A stretch of 64,000 nucleotides of DNA, taken from NCBI RefSeq assembly GCF_009914755.1, contig NC_060928.1; one strand, 5' to 3'. Both the position numbers and the translations under genes were made by a program. The notes under the pieces were generated by a model. That model did no database searches and had not been told where the DNA came from. It saw nothing but the letters and a program-made list of their open reading frames with translations. The stretch comes from the human T2T-CHM13v2.0 reference genome, Homo sapiens. This document shows positions 13,431 to 29,542 of the stretch, in pieces (positions within the stretch are counted from its first letter, which is position 1; every line of letters starts with the position of its first letter).

Positions 13431-13679
13431 TATCATTATGGTTTACAAAGCACTGAAAAAGGAAGAAAAGAAAAACTAAAATGGAAGGTAACAAACTGTT
13501 ACAACATTGTAGGAAGAAGGAGACTGCATTGGAATTAATGAGCAATGGTGCAGAAATCTATTCCATAGAAGATATATTTTTCAAAAGTAATTTTGAATAT
13601 TCCAGAATTCCTATTTGTTGTCATTAGAAACTAAACTTCAGATAAAATGTGATTTCAATTCATACCATACATTATTTAA

Positions 13680-13925
13680 CTTTATGCTGGCTATTTTGAT
13701 TGCTTCACATTTTCATCACTATAAAAATACTATAATTAACATCTCGGAAAGATATATTACTTTTCATTTCCTTGAAGTAATTGGGTCAAATGATAAAAAT
13801 ATTTAAATATCTTAAACATATATGACCAAATATATTTGCAGAATGATTGTGTCAACTCGTGCTTCTATGAAAAGTATATAAAATGCTCATCTCATCTTTG
13901 CTAGCATTAGGTATTATTATTATTA
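13680..13925 (-). mobile_element. Ancient L1M fragment
   Basis: Degenerate antisense L1 3' region (aattgggtcaaatgata...gaccaaat...ctttgctagcattaggtatt). Confidence 0.45.
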
Positions 13926-14334
13926 TACATTTAACTACTTCTGCATCTGATTATTTATTACTTTGATAGGTAAAGATAGCATCACATTGCACACACTGTG
14001 CGCTAGGAATGTGTCACATTAATTTTGTCTAATTCTTAATAACCTTGATAATGCAGCATTACAAACCAATCTTTAAATAGCAAACCTATAAATCAAATAA
14101 TTCAGAATCTCTTTGGTATTTCAAACCTCTTATGAGAGATAAATTTCATACATAGTAACACAATGACAATAGAAAAACTGTATAGGCACAACTTATATAA
14201 AAATATTGACATTAAAGTAAACACAAACAACTAAACTTGCACACACATAAAAATCAAACATTAAAATCCCAATTGAATAAAAAAAGAACCCAGGATCCAA
14301 GAACCTCATCACTAACGTATTGCATTTTTTTTTT

Positions 14335-15385
14335 TCTGGCCAGTAATTAAATACTGGGGAATTAGCTTGATCATTTCAAGACTTGATTTTAAGCTTTGTT
14401 AGGCCATATTTAAATGAGCTCTTAATCTGGGAATAGGGTAGCCCTCTTTCTGAGGCATGGCCTTTCAGATGTCTTGATTGAATGCTTGGGGTGCTCCTCA
14501 AGGTCACTTTGCTCTTCACTCTGGCTGTTCGGAACTCCTCAATCTCTCAACATTATGCAACCTCACAAATCAGCTCTCTGGAAGCTGCTCTCTGCAAGGC
14601 TTCCTGCGGACTTGCACTGTGTAATGCAAAACTGAGTATTAGCCAAAGACTTCAGGGGACCCCTATGCTAATTTTTAAAATTCCTTTTCTGAGCAGTTTC
14701 CTACTTAACAGCTCAGCTCAGGCTCCCACTTCATGAACCATGGTCCAGAAAGTGACTCCATACTGAAAGCTGGGGTGATTATAAGGTGACCATGCATATT
14801 TCTCATGAGGCCTGTTGTCTAATACCTGAAAACAGTTGCTTCTTTTATTTTGTCCAGATTTCTATTTGTGAACATCATGAGTTTGCTACCAGCTACTCCA
14901 TCATTCCTCCAAACAAGTTTCTAAATTTTCTCTTGCTTGTACTCTGAAGTTCTTGTTAGATGTATGCTAGACATTCTCATTCTATTCTTTGGATCTTTTA
15001 ATTTCTTTTCATATATTTCATCTCTTGCTCTCTGTGCTGGATTGTAGATAATGTCTTTTGACTTATAATTCATTAATTTTCTCTTCAACTGAGTTTAAAA
15101 TGCTGATAAACACATTTATTGTATTTTTATAATTTATTGTAATTTTAATATGGAGAAATTAATTTCACAACTACTGAATTACCTTTATGGCTTCCTGCTT
15201 CAAACACTTCTCAGTTCATGTTTTTTATTAAACATAGCAAATAAATATAATCTCTGTGATTATTTCAAACTGAAATCTTTGTTCTGCCATCTTTTGTTTC
15301 TGCTGTTTCCCACTAATGGTATTTTTGTGGGTTTTTTTTAATGCTAGAGTATTTTTTCCACTGAGCTGTTTATTATTCTAGGAAT
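14335..15385 (-). mobile_element. Ancient L1ME/HAL1-type 5' region and ORF1 remnants
   Basis: tagccaaagacttcaggggacccct, cctgttgtctaatacctgaaaacagttgcttc...ttttgtccag, then T-rich antisense ORF1-like sequence. Confidence 0.55.
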
Positions 15386-15994
15386 ATTACTGGTTTTCTT
15401 TTACGCACATTTATGCATAGTAAGCACTAAATAAAACAAATATTTTTTAGTGCTATGTGGCAGGTAATTATTGGGATACAGTAGTGAACCAAATAAACAT
15501 AAATCCCTTTGCTCAGAGAGTTTATATTCCAGTGGGAGAAAAGTCAATAAACAAGTAAATTCTCTCTCTCTCTTGCTCTCACACGCACGTGCGCCCACAC
15601 ACACACACAGACAGAATTAATTTGTTAATTAAATTGTGATGTGTGTTAATGAATAAAATAATTAATTTGGGGAAAAAAGAAGAGTATTGCTTGAATGGGT
15701 AACAGGATGTCCAGGGAAGGCCTTGTTGAATGATACGAAGCAAATGGCCTTGTGTCATTTCTAGGGCAATAGCACTCCAGACATGTGAGCAGGGACAGCA
15801 AATACAACAGCCTTGAGGCTGGAACATACCTGAAGTGTTAAAGAAACTGCAAGGAATAGTATAGTAAGTTGATTGGATGTTTATCTGAGATAAGCATTCA
15901 AGTTTATGTTGATCATTTGAGAGTAAAGAGATAAGGTAGGGAGATATGAAGTGAGGCATAGAAGAGAAGGGAGTAAGTAAAATGTGTGTTTTCA

Positions 15995-16077
15995 AGCCAA
16001 CTAATACTATGAGTGAGGGAACTTAATCCCAAGGAGAGAGACCTCTGGAACACAGAGTAAAACAGAGACTATGAAGC

Positions 16078-16114
<37 letters not shown>

Positions 16115-16270
16115 TATATACATACATACGTGTATATATGTATAAATTCATATATATATATATACACATTCTTGTCAGTCATTGGGCATGGCATTTGAAA
16201 TTGGCCCTGCATGCACTAAAAACATAAGCAAGAGAGGCAATGGGCAGGGCACTGACAGCATCTGCTATAC
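15995..16270 (-). mobile_element. ERVL LTR fragment (LTR33-like) containing a microsatellite
   Basis: Ends in gggcactgacagcatctgctata, matching the reverse complement of LTR33/LTR16-type starts. Confidence 0.45.
16081..16168. repeat. (CA)15 plus TA-rich compound microsatellite
   Basis: Read directly. Confidence 0.95.
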
Positions 16271-16786
16271 TGAACACATAGGAGAGGAGCAGGAAATGAG
16301 GGCAGAAAAGCCAAAGGAGCAGAAGTCTTGGACTCTGGAGGTCATTACAAAGACTTTGGCTTTCCTCTGAATGAGGTAAGAATTATTTAAACTGTTTGCA
16401 GCATAAGAATTATGTAATTTACATTTGAACAGGCTCACTCTGACTGCTGCATTGAAAATGTTTCTAGGGAGACAAAAACTGAAGCAAGGAGACCATTTAG
16501 AGGACTACTGCAATATGACAACAGAGAAAAGATAATGAGCATTCTAAAGGTGAATAGGTTTTGCTAACAGACTGGATAAGGTTTGAGAAACAGAGAACTG
16601 TCAAGGATGACACCAAGGTATTTGATTTGAGTAACTGGAAGAATAGAAGTACCATTAACTGAGATGAAGGAGACTTCAGGAGAAGCTGAGATGTTAAATT
16701 CCTCCAAGGAGAATTTGTGATTGTTTCTGCCAGGGCCCTAGTTCAAGACTATTTAAACCAAGTTCCTGATTTGACAGTTTGGTACT

Positions 16787-17162
16787 TGATATGGTCTGGC
16801 TTTGTGTCCCCACCCAAATCTCATCTTGAATTATAATCTGAATTGTAATCTCCATGTGTTAGAGGAAGGTCCTCATGGCAGGTGCCTGGATTATGAGGGC
16901 AGTCCCCCATGCTGTTCTTGTGATAGTGAGTGAGTTCTCATGAGATCTGATGGTTTTATAAAAAATTCTTCCCCTTTCACTCTGCACTTCTCTCTCCTGC
17001 CACCTTGTAAAGAAGGACGTGTTTGCTTTCCCTCTGCTATCATTGTAAGTTTCCTGAGGTCTCCTCAGTCATGCAGAACTGTGAGTCAATTAAACCTCTT
17101 TCCTTTATAAATTACCCAATCTCAGGCAGTTCTTTATATCGGTTTGGAAATGGATTAATAGA
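16787..17162 (+). mobile_element. THE1D-like solo LTR (ERVL-MaLR)
   Basis: tgatatggtctggctttgtgtccccacccaaatctc...ggattaataga; perfect 5-bp TSD GTACT at 16782-16786 and 17163-17167. Confidence 0.92.
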
Positions 17163-17174
17163 GTACTACAGAGA

Positions 17175-17910
17175 TGAACAAAATACATTTAACAAAGTTG
17201 ATTTGAGCATCAAATAATTCATGGATCAGGCAGCACTCAAAACCAAAAGAGGTTTAGGGAGCTCTGTGTTAGCAGTGGAGCAAGGGGCTTTTATAGGCTG
17301 AACATGGAAGAAAAGTAGTTATTTGATTGGCTACAGATAAATATTTACATTATTTCAGTATGATCTGGTAGAAAGTCCTAGTTAAAGGATAGCTGCCAGT
17401 TCTTGATTGGGTTAGCTTAAGTTTTGTTTTGCTGTTTACATTGGGCTTCAGTTTGTTTAAATAAAAACCCAAGGTACAAGTCGTCTTAAGTAGCTTAGGA
17501 AGTCAGTCTCTAAAAGGTACTTCTGTCCGTTGCCATTCTGATAAAACAAAAACTATTCATTAACTTAACCATATGTGTATTTTTCTTTTTGCTGTAACAC
17601 TTAACACATGAACAGACATCTCATAATCCTAGATGCATGTTTCTAATTCATGTAACTGCACATGTGACCTTTGTGAACAGAAATTTGCATGTATAATTTG
17701 TGTTTGCTTGTAACTTTCTGGTTGTATACTGCTTATATCTGTGGATTCAAGTTACTGAAGTGAATACCAATAAAAAGAAAACCCTAGGCCATGTTCATTG
17801 GTTATACATGTTTGGAATGTTAACCAAAAAAAAAAAAAAAAACAAACCCAAGGTACTGCAGCCATCTCAACCTAAGAGCATAGCTTTTCCATTAAATTAC
17901 TTTTTAAAAA
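17175..17910 (-). mobile_element. ERV1 (MER4-group) LTR, MER93-like, split by a retrocopy
   Basis: Minus strand shows CCAAT boxes, cctataaaag and tgctgcctgatccatgaat...gctcaaatcaac; the LTR resumes after the second TSD (tgcagccatctcaacctaa...aattactttttaa). Confidence 0.65.
17478..17843 (+). pseudogene. 5'-truncated processed retrocopy, probably an mRNA 3'UTR fragment (parent not confidently identified)
   Basis: Non-repeat insert with AATAAA 17769-17774 and A17 tract 17826-17842, flanked by 13-bp TSD AAACCCAAGGTAC (17465-17477, 17844-17856) at a T/AAAAA L1-endonuclease-type site. Confidence 0.85.
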
Positions 17911-17914
17911 AATC

Positions 17915-18380
17915 TATGCCAGGGTCACCTTGGACTTGTAGTTTCAGCTTCTTAGAGGAGCTTTGTTTTCTACCTCCTCCTCTTCCCAATGCCATAGCAA
18001 CTTTTCCTTGTAATGCCCAGGGAGTTGGGAAGTAGTGTTACTTCTGCTTCTCCCCAACCTTGAGGATATAGCACTTGGGGTCCCAGCTTTATGTGAGATA
18101 TTAAATTGGGATAGGCAAGTCTGAGACTTTGAATTCTGTTTTCAGAACCCCACATGCTCTTACAAGCTCATCCAAGCCAAAGCTTAGGTTGTCCATCTTC
18201 ATAAAAAATGCTCAAAATGAAGCAGATTTGGTGTCCTAATTAAGTCTATAGATTCCACTTTTATTTATATATATTTAAGAAGATTTTTTAAACATTTTAA
18301 TTCACTATTTCTAATTGTTTTCTGTGAGAAAACAACCTTCCAAATTTCTAGACCTATCTTTTCTTGCAATGGGTCATTGA
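17915..18380 (-). mobile_element. HAL1/L1ME-like 5' remnant (possible continuation of the element at 14.9-15.4 kb and 16.70-16.78 kb)
   Basis: Degenerate similarity only (cttggggtcccagctttatgtg; tttctaattgttttctgtgag). Confidence 0.4.
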
Positions 18381-18593
18381 TCTTTTAGTACCTGACAGTT
18401 TTCCATTACTCTTTCACTTAATGAAAAAATACATGTTTTCAAATCTACTCTGAATGAGGACAAACCTAGGACAAAACAATATTGTACTGTTTGTTTTTTA
18501 ATTATTTTCAGAGAGAATTCAATTCAATAGGCATTAAGTCTCCAGGAAACACTCTATTTACATATAACTCCTTTGCATAGAGTTGAAAGTCTA

Positions 18594-18808
18594 GGTAGCA
18601 GAGTAGTTAAGAGTCAGACTCTGAAACAGACATTATGGATATAAATTGTTACTCTACCACTTCTTTCTGTGTAGTCTTGGGCAAGTTACCCAACCTCTCT
18701 AAATCTCAATTTCCTCATATGTAAAATAGGGTTGTAAGAAATAAATAAGGCAAGTAAATGACTAAGCATTATGTCTGGTACATAGTAAGTACTCAAACAA
18801 TGCTAGCC
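18594..18808 (+). mobile_element. MIR SINE
   Basis: Core ttgggcaagttacccaacctctctaaatctcaatttcctcatatgtaaaataggg; tail tggtacatagtaagtactcaa. Confidence 0.85.
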
Positions 18809-18810
18809 AC

Positions 18811-19319
18811 TGTATTAGGTTTCTATTGCTGACATAACAAATTACCACAAATTTAGTGGATTAAAATAACACATATTTACTTTTTATAGTTCTGTAGGTT
18901 AGAAGTCTGACACAGGTATCAATGAGCTACAACCAAGGTGTCAGCAGGGATCTATTCCTTTCTGAAAGCTATAGGGGGAAACCCATTTCCTTTCCTTTTC
19001 CAGCTTCCTGTGGCAAGCTGCATCCCTGAGCTCATAACCCCCTTCCCGCATCCTTAGGGCCACCAATAGCAGTTGAGTCCATCTCACACTGCCATCTCTG
19101 GTTCTCCTCAGATGGGGCGTGTTCTCCAAATTTTAAGGACTCATGTGACTACATTGTACCCACTTGGATAAGGTACAATACAAAGTTCTTAACCTTAATC
19201 TCCATACAAGGTCCTTAACCTTAATCTCCCCATCTCAAAGTCATTTTTGCATGTAACATAACAGGTGTCTGGTATTAAGGTACTGGTATTTTCACAGAGC
19301 CATTATTCTGCCTACCACA
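18811..19319 (-). mobile_element. MLT1D-like solo LTR
   Basis: tgtattaggtttctattgctgacataacaaattaccac...attctgcctaccaca, about 510 bp; TSD GCCAC/GCCAG. Confidence 0.88.
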
Positions 19320-20499
19320 GCCAGGATTGTTACTAAGTTTACTCAGCAAAATGGCTGAAAACCAAGTGTAAGCCATCACTGTATCTAAAGGTCTAGCACA
19401 CACACACAAAATCTAAAATGAGATCATTGTCTTAAAGAATAAAGAAGAAATGAACTTTAGTGGGAGGACACGGAGGTCTTAATTAAATTTTCTAATTGGC
19501 ATACTCCATTTATTTTAAGGTAACTAACATTCTCAGAGATGGGGCTCACAGCTCTTTCCCTCTCATTTCCTTACTCTAGCTTGCACCTCAGTGTCCCTTA
19601 GTAATTCTTTATTGAGAAAATGTTTTACAATATTTGAATTTGATTTCAGTTATTAAATACATCTCCAACAGACTAATCACAAATAAAATGAAGTTCTCCA
19701 TCAAAACACGAGTTAATTTGTTTGATCTGCAGTAGATTGATATCATCTACTTCCTTGTTTCTTTTTTATTAACTTGTACTTTTATTAACATATAGGCTTT
19801 GATCATTTAATATAATTGAAATGGAGTTTTGTGACATATGAAGAAATAATGAATATTATATAATTCTAGTGAGATTTTGTGCTGAACAGAAGCTGAATAA
19901 ATTGGAGTGGTCCAGCAGAAATAACACATTCTCCTTGGACTTTTTTTCCCAAATCACCTGTAATTTTCCAACACACCCATTCAGAAGTAAAATAACCTAT
20001 GGAACATGGTGAGTCACACAGCATTTGTCACCATGTCTTCCTGCAAGTGAAGTCACTCAGAGACCAAATTCCTTTTCATACCAATAATGATAACTGTGTA
20101 TGCCTAGGTCAAAGCTGGGGATGCCAGGGTAGTAGCTAGTAGTGCTACCTCTTAAAGGTGAGAAACCACAAAGTCTGTGATGCTAACAATCTCTGAAACT
20201 TCACACACTTAAATGTACTATTTTCAGAGTTAGAACATTCCCTTCTCTAGTATCTTCTCTTTGGAAGGAAACACATGTGGGTGTGTGTGCACATACACAA
20301 TCCTAAGGTGTAAATAAGTACATAATGAAGCCTTGTCCTCTATGTTTACTCTTTTTTTTTGGTAATGATGTTGAAACAGTTTGTCTTGTAAGTGCCTTAT
20401 TAAATAATTAATAGGTATATAGATGCATTTTAAAAATATGTATTAATCTATTCCCCTTCTAGTGCCCTTCTCTCCCTGAAATTGACATTGAAACATCTT

Positions 20500-24281
<3,782 letters not shown>

Positions 24282-24540
24282 AACATCTTAAAAATGTTCT
24301 GCAAATAAAAGGAAGAGCATTCTTATGTTTTATCACATGCTAAAACAAATATATGAACCCCTTGTTTGCTGAGCAGATTCATTTGTGTTCCTACCTGGAT
24401 CAAATGACCTTAATTATTTTCTGACATCTGATTCAGGTACAGATATGTAGGCTGATGGTATGATCATTTTTAAAAAGTAAAAATTTGGAGAGATAGGCAC
24501 AATGACATCAGTGTCAGCAGCACGGATTTTTAAAAATAGA

Positions 24541-25030
24541 TGTGATGGTTACTTTTATGTGTCTAGATTAAAGGATACCCTGGGAAAGCATTATTTCTAG
24601 GTGTGTCTGTGAGGGTGCTTTAGGAAGACATTAGCATTTGAATCAATAGACTGAATAAAGATGTGGACAATCTGATGTGGACAGGAACCATCTAATCCAC
24701 TGAGCGCCCGGATAGAACAGAAAGTGGAGGAAGAGTGAATTCACTCTCTCTTCTGAATCTGGGAGATTCATCTTCTTTGCCATTGGACACTGGAGTGCTC
24801 CGGATTCTCCAGCCTTCAGCCTTAAACTGAGAGTCACACCATTGGCTCTTCTGGTTCTCAAGGCCTTTGGACTAAGACTGAATTACACTGTGGGCTTTTG
24901 TTTTTTCTCCAGTTTGCATATGATACATCATGGGTCTCCATAATCACATAAGCCAATTTCCATAATAAATCCCCTCTTATATGTCTATATATATCCTATT
25001 GGTTCTGTTCCTGTGGAAAACCCTAATACA
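24541..25030 (+). mobile_element. MLT2B-like solo LTR (ERVL)
   Basis: tgtgatggttacttttatgtgt...cctattggttctgttcctgtggaaaaccctaataca; TSD ATAGA/ATGGA. Confidence 0.88.
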
Positions 25031-25035
25031 ATGGA

Positions 25036-26472
25036 TTTTATTTTTAAAAGTGGTTTTAGATTAACAGAAAAATTGAACAGAAAGTACAGGGATTTCACAT
25101 CTACTTTCTTCCCTTACACATGCATAGCCTCTCCCATTATGAACATTTCCCACCAGAGTGGTACAATTGTTACAACTGATGAACCTACGTTATTAATATA
25201 TCATTATCATCCAGAGTCCATCATTTACATTAAGGTTCAGTCTTGGTGTTGTACATTCTAGGAGTCTGAATAAATGTGTAATGACAACGTATCCACTATT
25301 TTAGTGTCGTACAGAGTAATTTTACTGCTCTAAAAATCACCTGTACTTGTGCTATTTACCACTTTCTCTCCCCAACCCCTAGCAACCACTGATATTTTTA
25401 CTGTTTCTATAGTTTTGCATTTTCCAGAATGTTATAGAATTGGAAATATAGTTTGTATACCTTTCAGTTTGGTTTCTTTCACTTAGCAGTATACATTTAA
25501 GTTTCTTCCATGTTTCCTACAGCTTGATAGCTCACTTCTTTTTCAGCACTGAATAACATCCCATTGTCTGGATGTACTACAGTTTGTTTATCCATTCACT
25601 AACAAAATATATATCTTGATTGCTTTCAAGATTTGGCAATTATGAATTAAGCTGCTATAAACATCCATGTGCAGGTTTTTGTGTAAACTGCTAAATTTTG
25701 AACTCTTTTGAATAAATACCAATGAGTATGATTGCTGGATCATAAGGTAAGAGTATGTTTATTTTTGTAAGAAACTGCCAAACTGTCTTCTCAAGTAGGT
25801 GTAACATTTTCCATTCCCACCAGTGATGAATGAGATTTTCTGTTCCTCCCCATCCTTGCCAGCATATGTTGTTGTTGGTGTTCTAGGTTTTGGCCATTCT
25901 AGTAGGTGTGTGGTGGTATCTCATTGTTTTGATTTGCGTTTCCCTTATGACATATGATGTGAAGCATTTTTCAATGGTGATTTGTCATCTTTGATGAGTT
26001 GTCTGTTGAGGCCTTTAGCCCATTTTTTAATTGAGTTCATTATCTTCTTATTGATGAGTTTTAAGTATTCTTTGTATATTTTGGATAATAGTCCTTTAAC
26101 TGATGTGTCTTTTGCAAATATTTTCTCCCTGTCTATGTCTCATCTTCTCATTCTTTTGATAATTTCTTTCAGAAAGCAGACATTTTTAATTTTAATGAAG
26201 TCCAGCTTATTCATTTCTTCAAAGTAGATTGTGCATTTGGTGTTGCATCTAAAAAGCCATCACCAAACTGAAGGTCTTGTAGATTTTCTCCTGTGTTATA
26301 TTCTAGGAGTTTTGTGATTTGCATCTTATATTTAGGTCTGTAATTCATTTTGATTAGGTTTTATGAAGAGTGTAAGGTCATTTGTCTAGACTTAATCTTT
26401 TTGTATGTAGATGTCCAGTTGTCACAGCATCATTTGTTGAAAAGACTACCTTTTCTCCATCGTATTGCTTTA
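25036..26472 (-). mobile_element. L1MC1-like 3' end
   Basis: ttttagattaacagaaaaattgaacagaaagtacag...ccaccagagtggtacaattgttacaactgatgaacctac, followed by antisense ORF2 C-terminal sequence. Confidence 0.8.
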
Positions 26473-26484
26473 GTATACATTTTT

Positions 26485-27170
26485 CAATCCCCAAAATAAT
26501 CAAATAAAACAGAGAAACTAGGTTAACAAAAAAGAAAAATATATATATATATGTTAAAACATCTTCAGCCAAATGAAGTGCTGAAGTATCCCACATATCA
26601 AAAAGTCTGGCTGGACCAAACCACCAAGCACAACAATAATCATATGGTATAAAATAAAGGAGTAGAATGGGAAATAGACAAAGTGCTTTCCAAAGGCCCT
26701 GAAAGCCAGCAATCTCAAAAATTGCTAACATGATTGCAAATTATAATGAGCAAGAAAACGTTCCTACAAACAAAGCTATGTCTTGATATGCCTACAACAC
26801 AGATAAAAGCTATAATCCAGTATTTTAAATATAGCTAAAAGTAATTAAGACGACTTGGGGAACCAATAGAGCTATTAAAGAATAGTATGTTGCTGAATTA
26901 CAAAAACACAGGAAAAATTGGATAACCAAAAATATATAAAATAGTGCTAGCAGATCTCAGGAAAGAATAAGAAGCAAAGGAAAAATCACTTCAGAAAAAA
27001 AATTAGAAGGAACAAAAGCCAATAGATATGATAACATCACAAAGAATATAGAAGAAGGAAAGGAAGAAAATGGAGAAGTTCCAGAAATGAAGAGATTAAA
27101 AGGATTCACCATAAAGTGATACATACAAAAGGCAGTCAAAGAAGATCCTATCTATGTATAAGAATACCCA
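26485..27170 (+). mobile_element. Ancient L1ME/HAL1-type 5'/ORF1 remnant
   Basis: Purine-rich ORF1-like sequence ending caaagaagatcctatctatgtataag. Confidence 0.45.
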
Positions 27171-27204
27171 TTGCACCCCGCCCTTCTGCAAAAAAACAAA
27201 AACA

Positions 27205-27785
27205 AAACAAAACCCTTACTATCAACTGTCGTGCCCCATTTCCCCCATACCGCAGTCCCTGTCAACCACCAATCTACTTTCTCTATGGTTTTGCCTATTT
27301 TGAACCTTTTATGTAAATGAAATAATGCAACATTTGTCCTTTCGTGTTTGGCTTCTTTCACTTGGCATAGTTTTCAAGGTTTATTTATGTTGCAGTGTAG
27401 CTTATTTGTAGTGTACTTTATTTATTTATGTTGTAGTGTAGCTCCTGTCAGATCAGCACGGCGTCAGATTCTCATAGGAGTGCAAGCCCTACTGTGCATG
27501 TGGGGAATATAGGCTGTCCACTCCTTATGAGAATTTAACTAATATCTCAGCACTTTATTCATTTTGAAAACCGAATAATATTCCATCGTATGGAGATACC
27601 ATATTTTGTTGGTCTGTTCACCAATCGATGGACATATAGGTTGTTTAAACTTTCTGACTATAATAATTAAACTTCTAGGAAGATTCATGTACAAATTTTT
27701 GTGTGAAAGTATGTTTTTAATTTTCTTGGGTATATAGCTAGGGCTGGAATCATGTACCATACAGTAACTCTGTGTGTAATATAGA
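27205..27785 (-). mobile_element. L1MB-type 3' fragment carrying an internal MER1-derived insert (27442-27543)
   Basis: caaccaccaatctactttctctatggttttgcctattttgaac...tttggcttctttcacttggcat; resumes aataatattccatcgtatggagatacc. Confidence 0.75.
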
Positions 27786-28480
27786 ACCTAACGTCTCCTT
27801 AGGTTCTTCTTGGCTGTAAAAGTTTCTCAGACCTTCTTTTATTTTGATGGTCTTGACAGTTTTCAGAAATACTTGTCAGGCATTCTGAAGAATGTCCCTT
27901 GACTGGGATATGTCTCATGCTTTTTTCATTATGAGCTGAGATTATGTGTTTTTGGGAGGAGGACCACAAATACCAGTTTCACCACATAATTTCAAGTATC
28001 TATACTACCAATATGAGTTATCACTGCTGATGTTAAACTTGAACACCTGGTTAAGATAGTGGTTTTCAGGTTTATCCATAATAAAGCTACATGAGCTACC
28101 TGTTTACTTCTCCTTTTCCATACTGTACACTTTGAAGAAAGTTACCATATGTAGCTCACACTTGAGTGAAGAATTATGTGTCACCTCTTTGAGAGCAGAA
28201 TATCTAAATTATCTGGAATTCTACATGGAATATTTGTCTATTCTCTTGTTACTTATTGTTTTTATTTAATCATTTATTTATATCAGTATGGACTCATGGA
28301 TATTTATTTTACACTTTGAGCTATAATCCAGTGGTACTTCATTTTGTTCTAGGGATTGTTCACCGGGAGCTCTTTTAGTTGGCTCCTGTCTCTCTGACAC
28401 ATTCACATCATTATTAGAGCTTCCATTTTTTTTGTTTTTGGAGAATTTACATATTTTCTGGCACTATAAGATAATCTAGG

Positions 28481-28785
<305 letters not shown>

Positions 28786-29205
28786 TCATATTGTAGATTT
28801 CCTGCCCCAGTCCTAGAATGAAGTGTTTCTCCAAAGAGTTATGATTATTTTTCTTGGAGAATGCTATTAGAAAGCAAGATCCAGGCAGTAGGTGCACTTC
28901 TGGCTACTGAGGTGTCACTGTTTCTAGGCCTTCTGAGCTGACAGCGCAAGGAAATATGTGCATGTTTACTAACCCCTGTGTGTACATATAGCTACAAATA
29001 TTTCTATATATTACTATCTATATCTATATTAAACTCAACATGACTTTATAACTTTACATCCATGTCTCTAAATCTAATTCATTACTATGGGAATCATCCT
29101 AATCTTTTTCTAATGTTTACTTAATTGGTCAGTCACAATACATATGGATAGCAGTATCAGTACTGTTAATTTGTGCCCCATGACAAACAATTTTATCAAT
29201 TAGAA

Positions 29206-29542
29206 CAGAGGTTGGCAACTCCCAGGCTGCAGACCAGTACTGGTCTGTGGTCTGTGGGGAACTGGGCCACACAGCAGGAGGTGAGCAGCAAGTAAGCAAG
29301 CATTACCACCTGAGCTCTGCCTCCTGTCACATCAGCGCGGCATCAGATTCTCATAGGAGTGCAAACCCTATTGTGAACTGTGCATGTGGGGAATATAGGT
29401 TGTGCACTCTTATGAGAATCTAATGCATGATGACCTGAGGTAGAACAGTTTCATCCTGAAACCATCCCCATCTCCCCCCATCCATGGAAAAACTGTCTTC
29501 CCCAAAACTGGTTCTTGGTGCCAAAAAGGTTGAGGGCTGCTG
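29206..29542 (+). mobile_element. MER1B hAT-Charlie DNA transposon (non-autonomous)
   Basis: CAG...CTG termini, 337 bp; 8-bp TSD AATTAGAA/AATTAAAA; ccacacagcaggaggtgagc and gattctcataggag...cttatgagaatc core. Confidence 0.92.

Larger units (their letters stand above)
15425..16690 (-). mobile_element. L2 LINE (3' part), interrupted by an LTR fragment
   Basis: Antisense L2 3' end (gggatacagtagtgaac...tttatattccagtgggaga) and body (ggctcactctgactgctgc, gaagcaaggagacca, gtcaaggatgacaccaagg, ccattaactgagatg). Confidence 0.8.

Noticed and set aside
19181-19230. Short duplication (cttaaccttaatctcc x2); also similar ones near 7818-7855, 24660-24682 and 48453-48474
   Set aside because: Small slippage-type duplications, mostly within repeats; no further structure.
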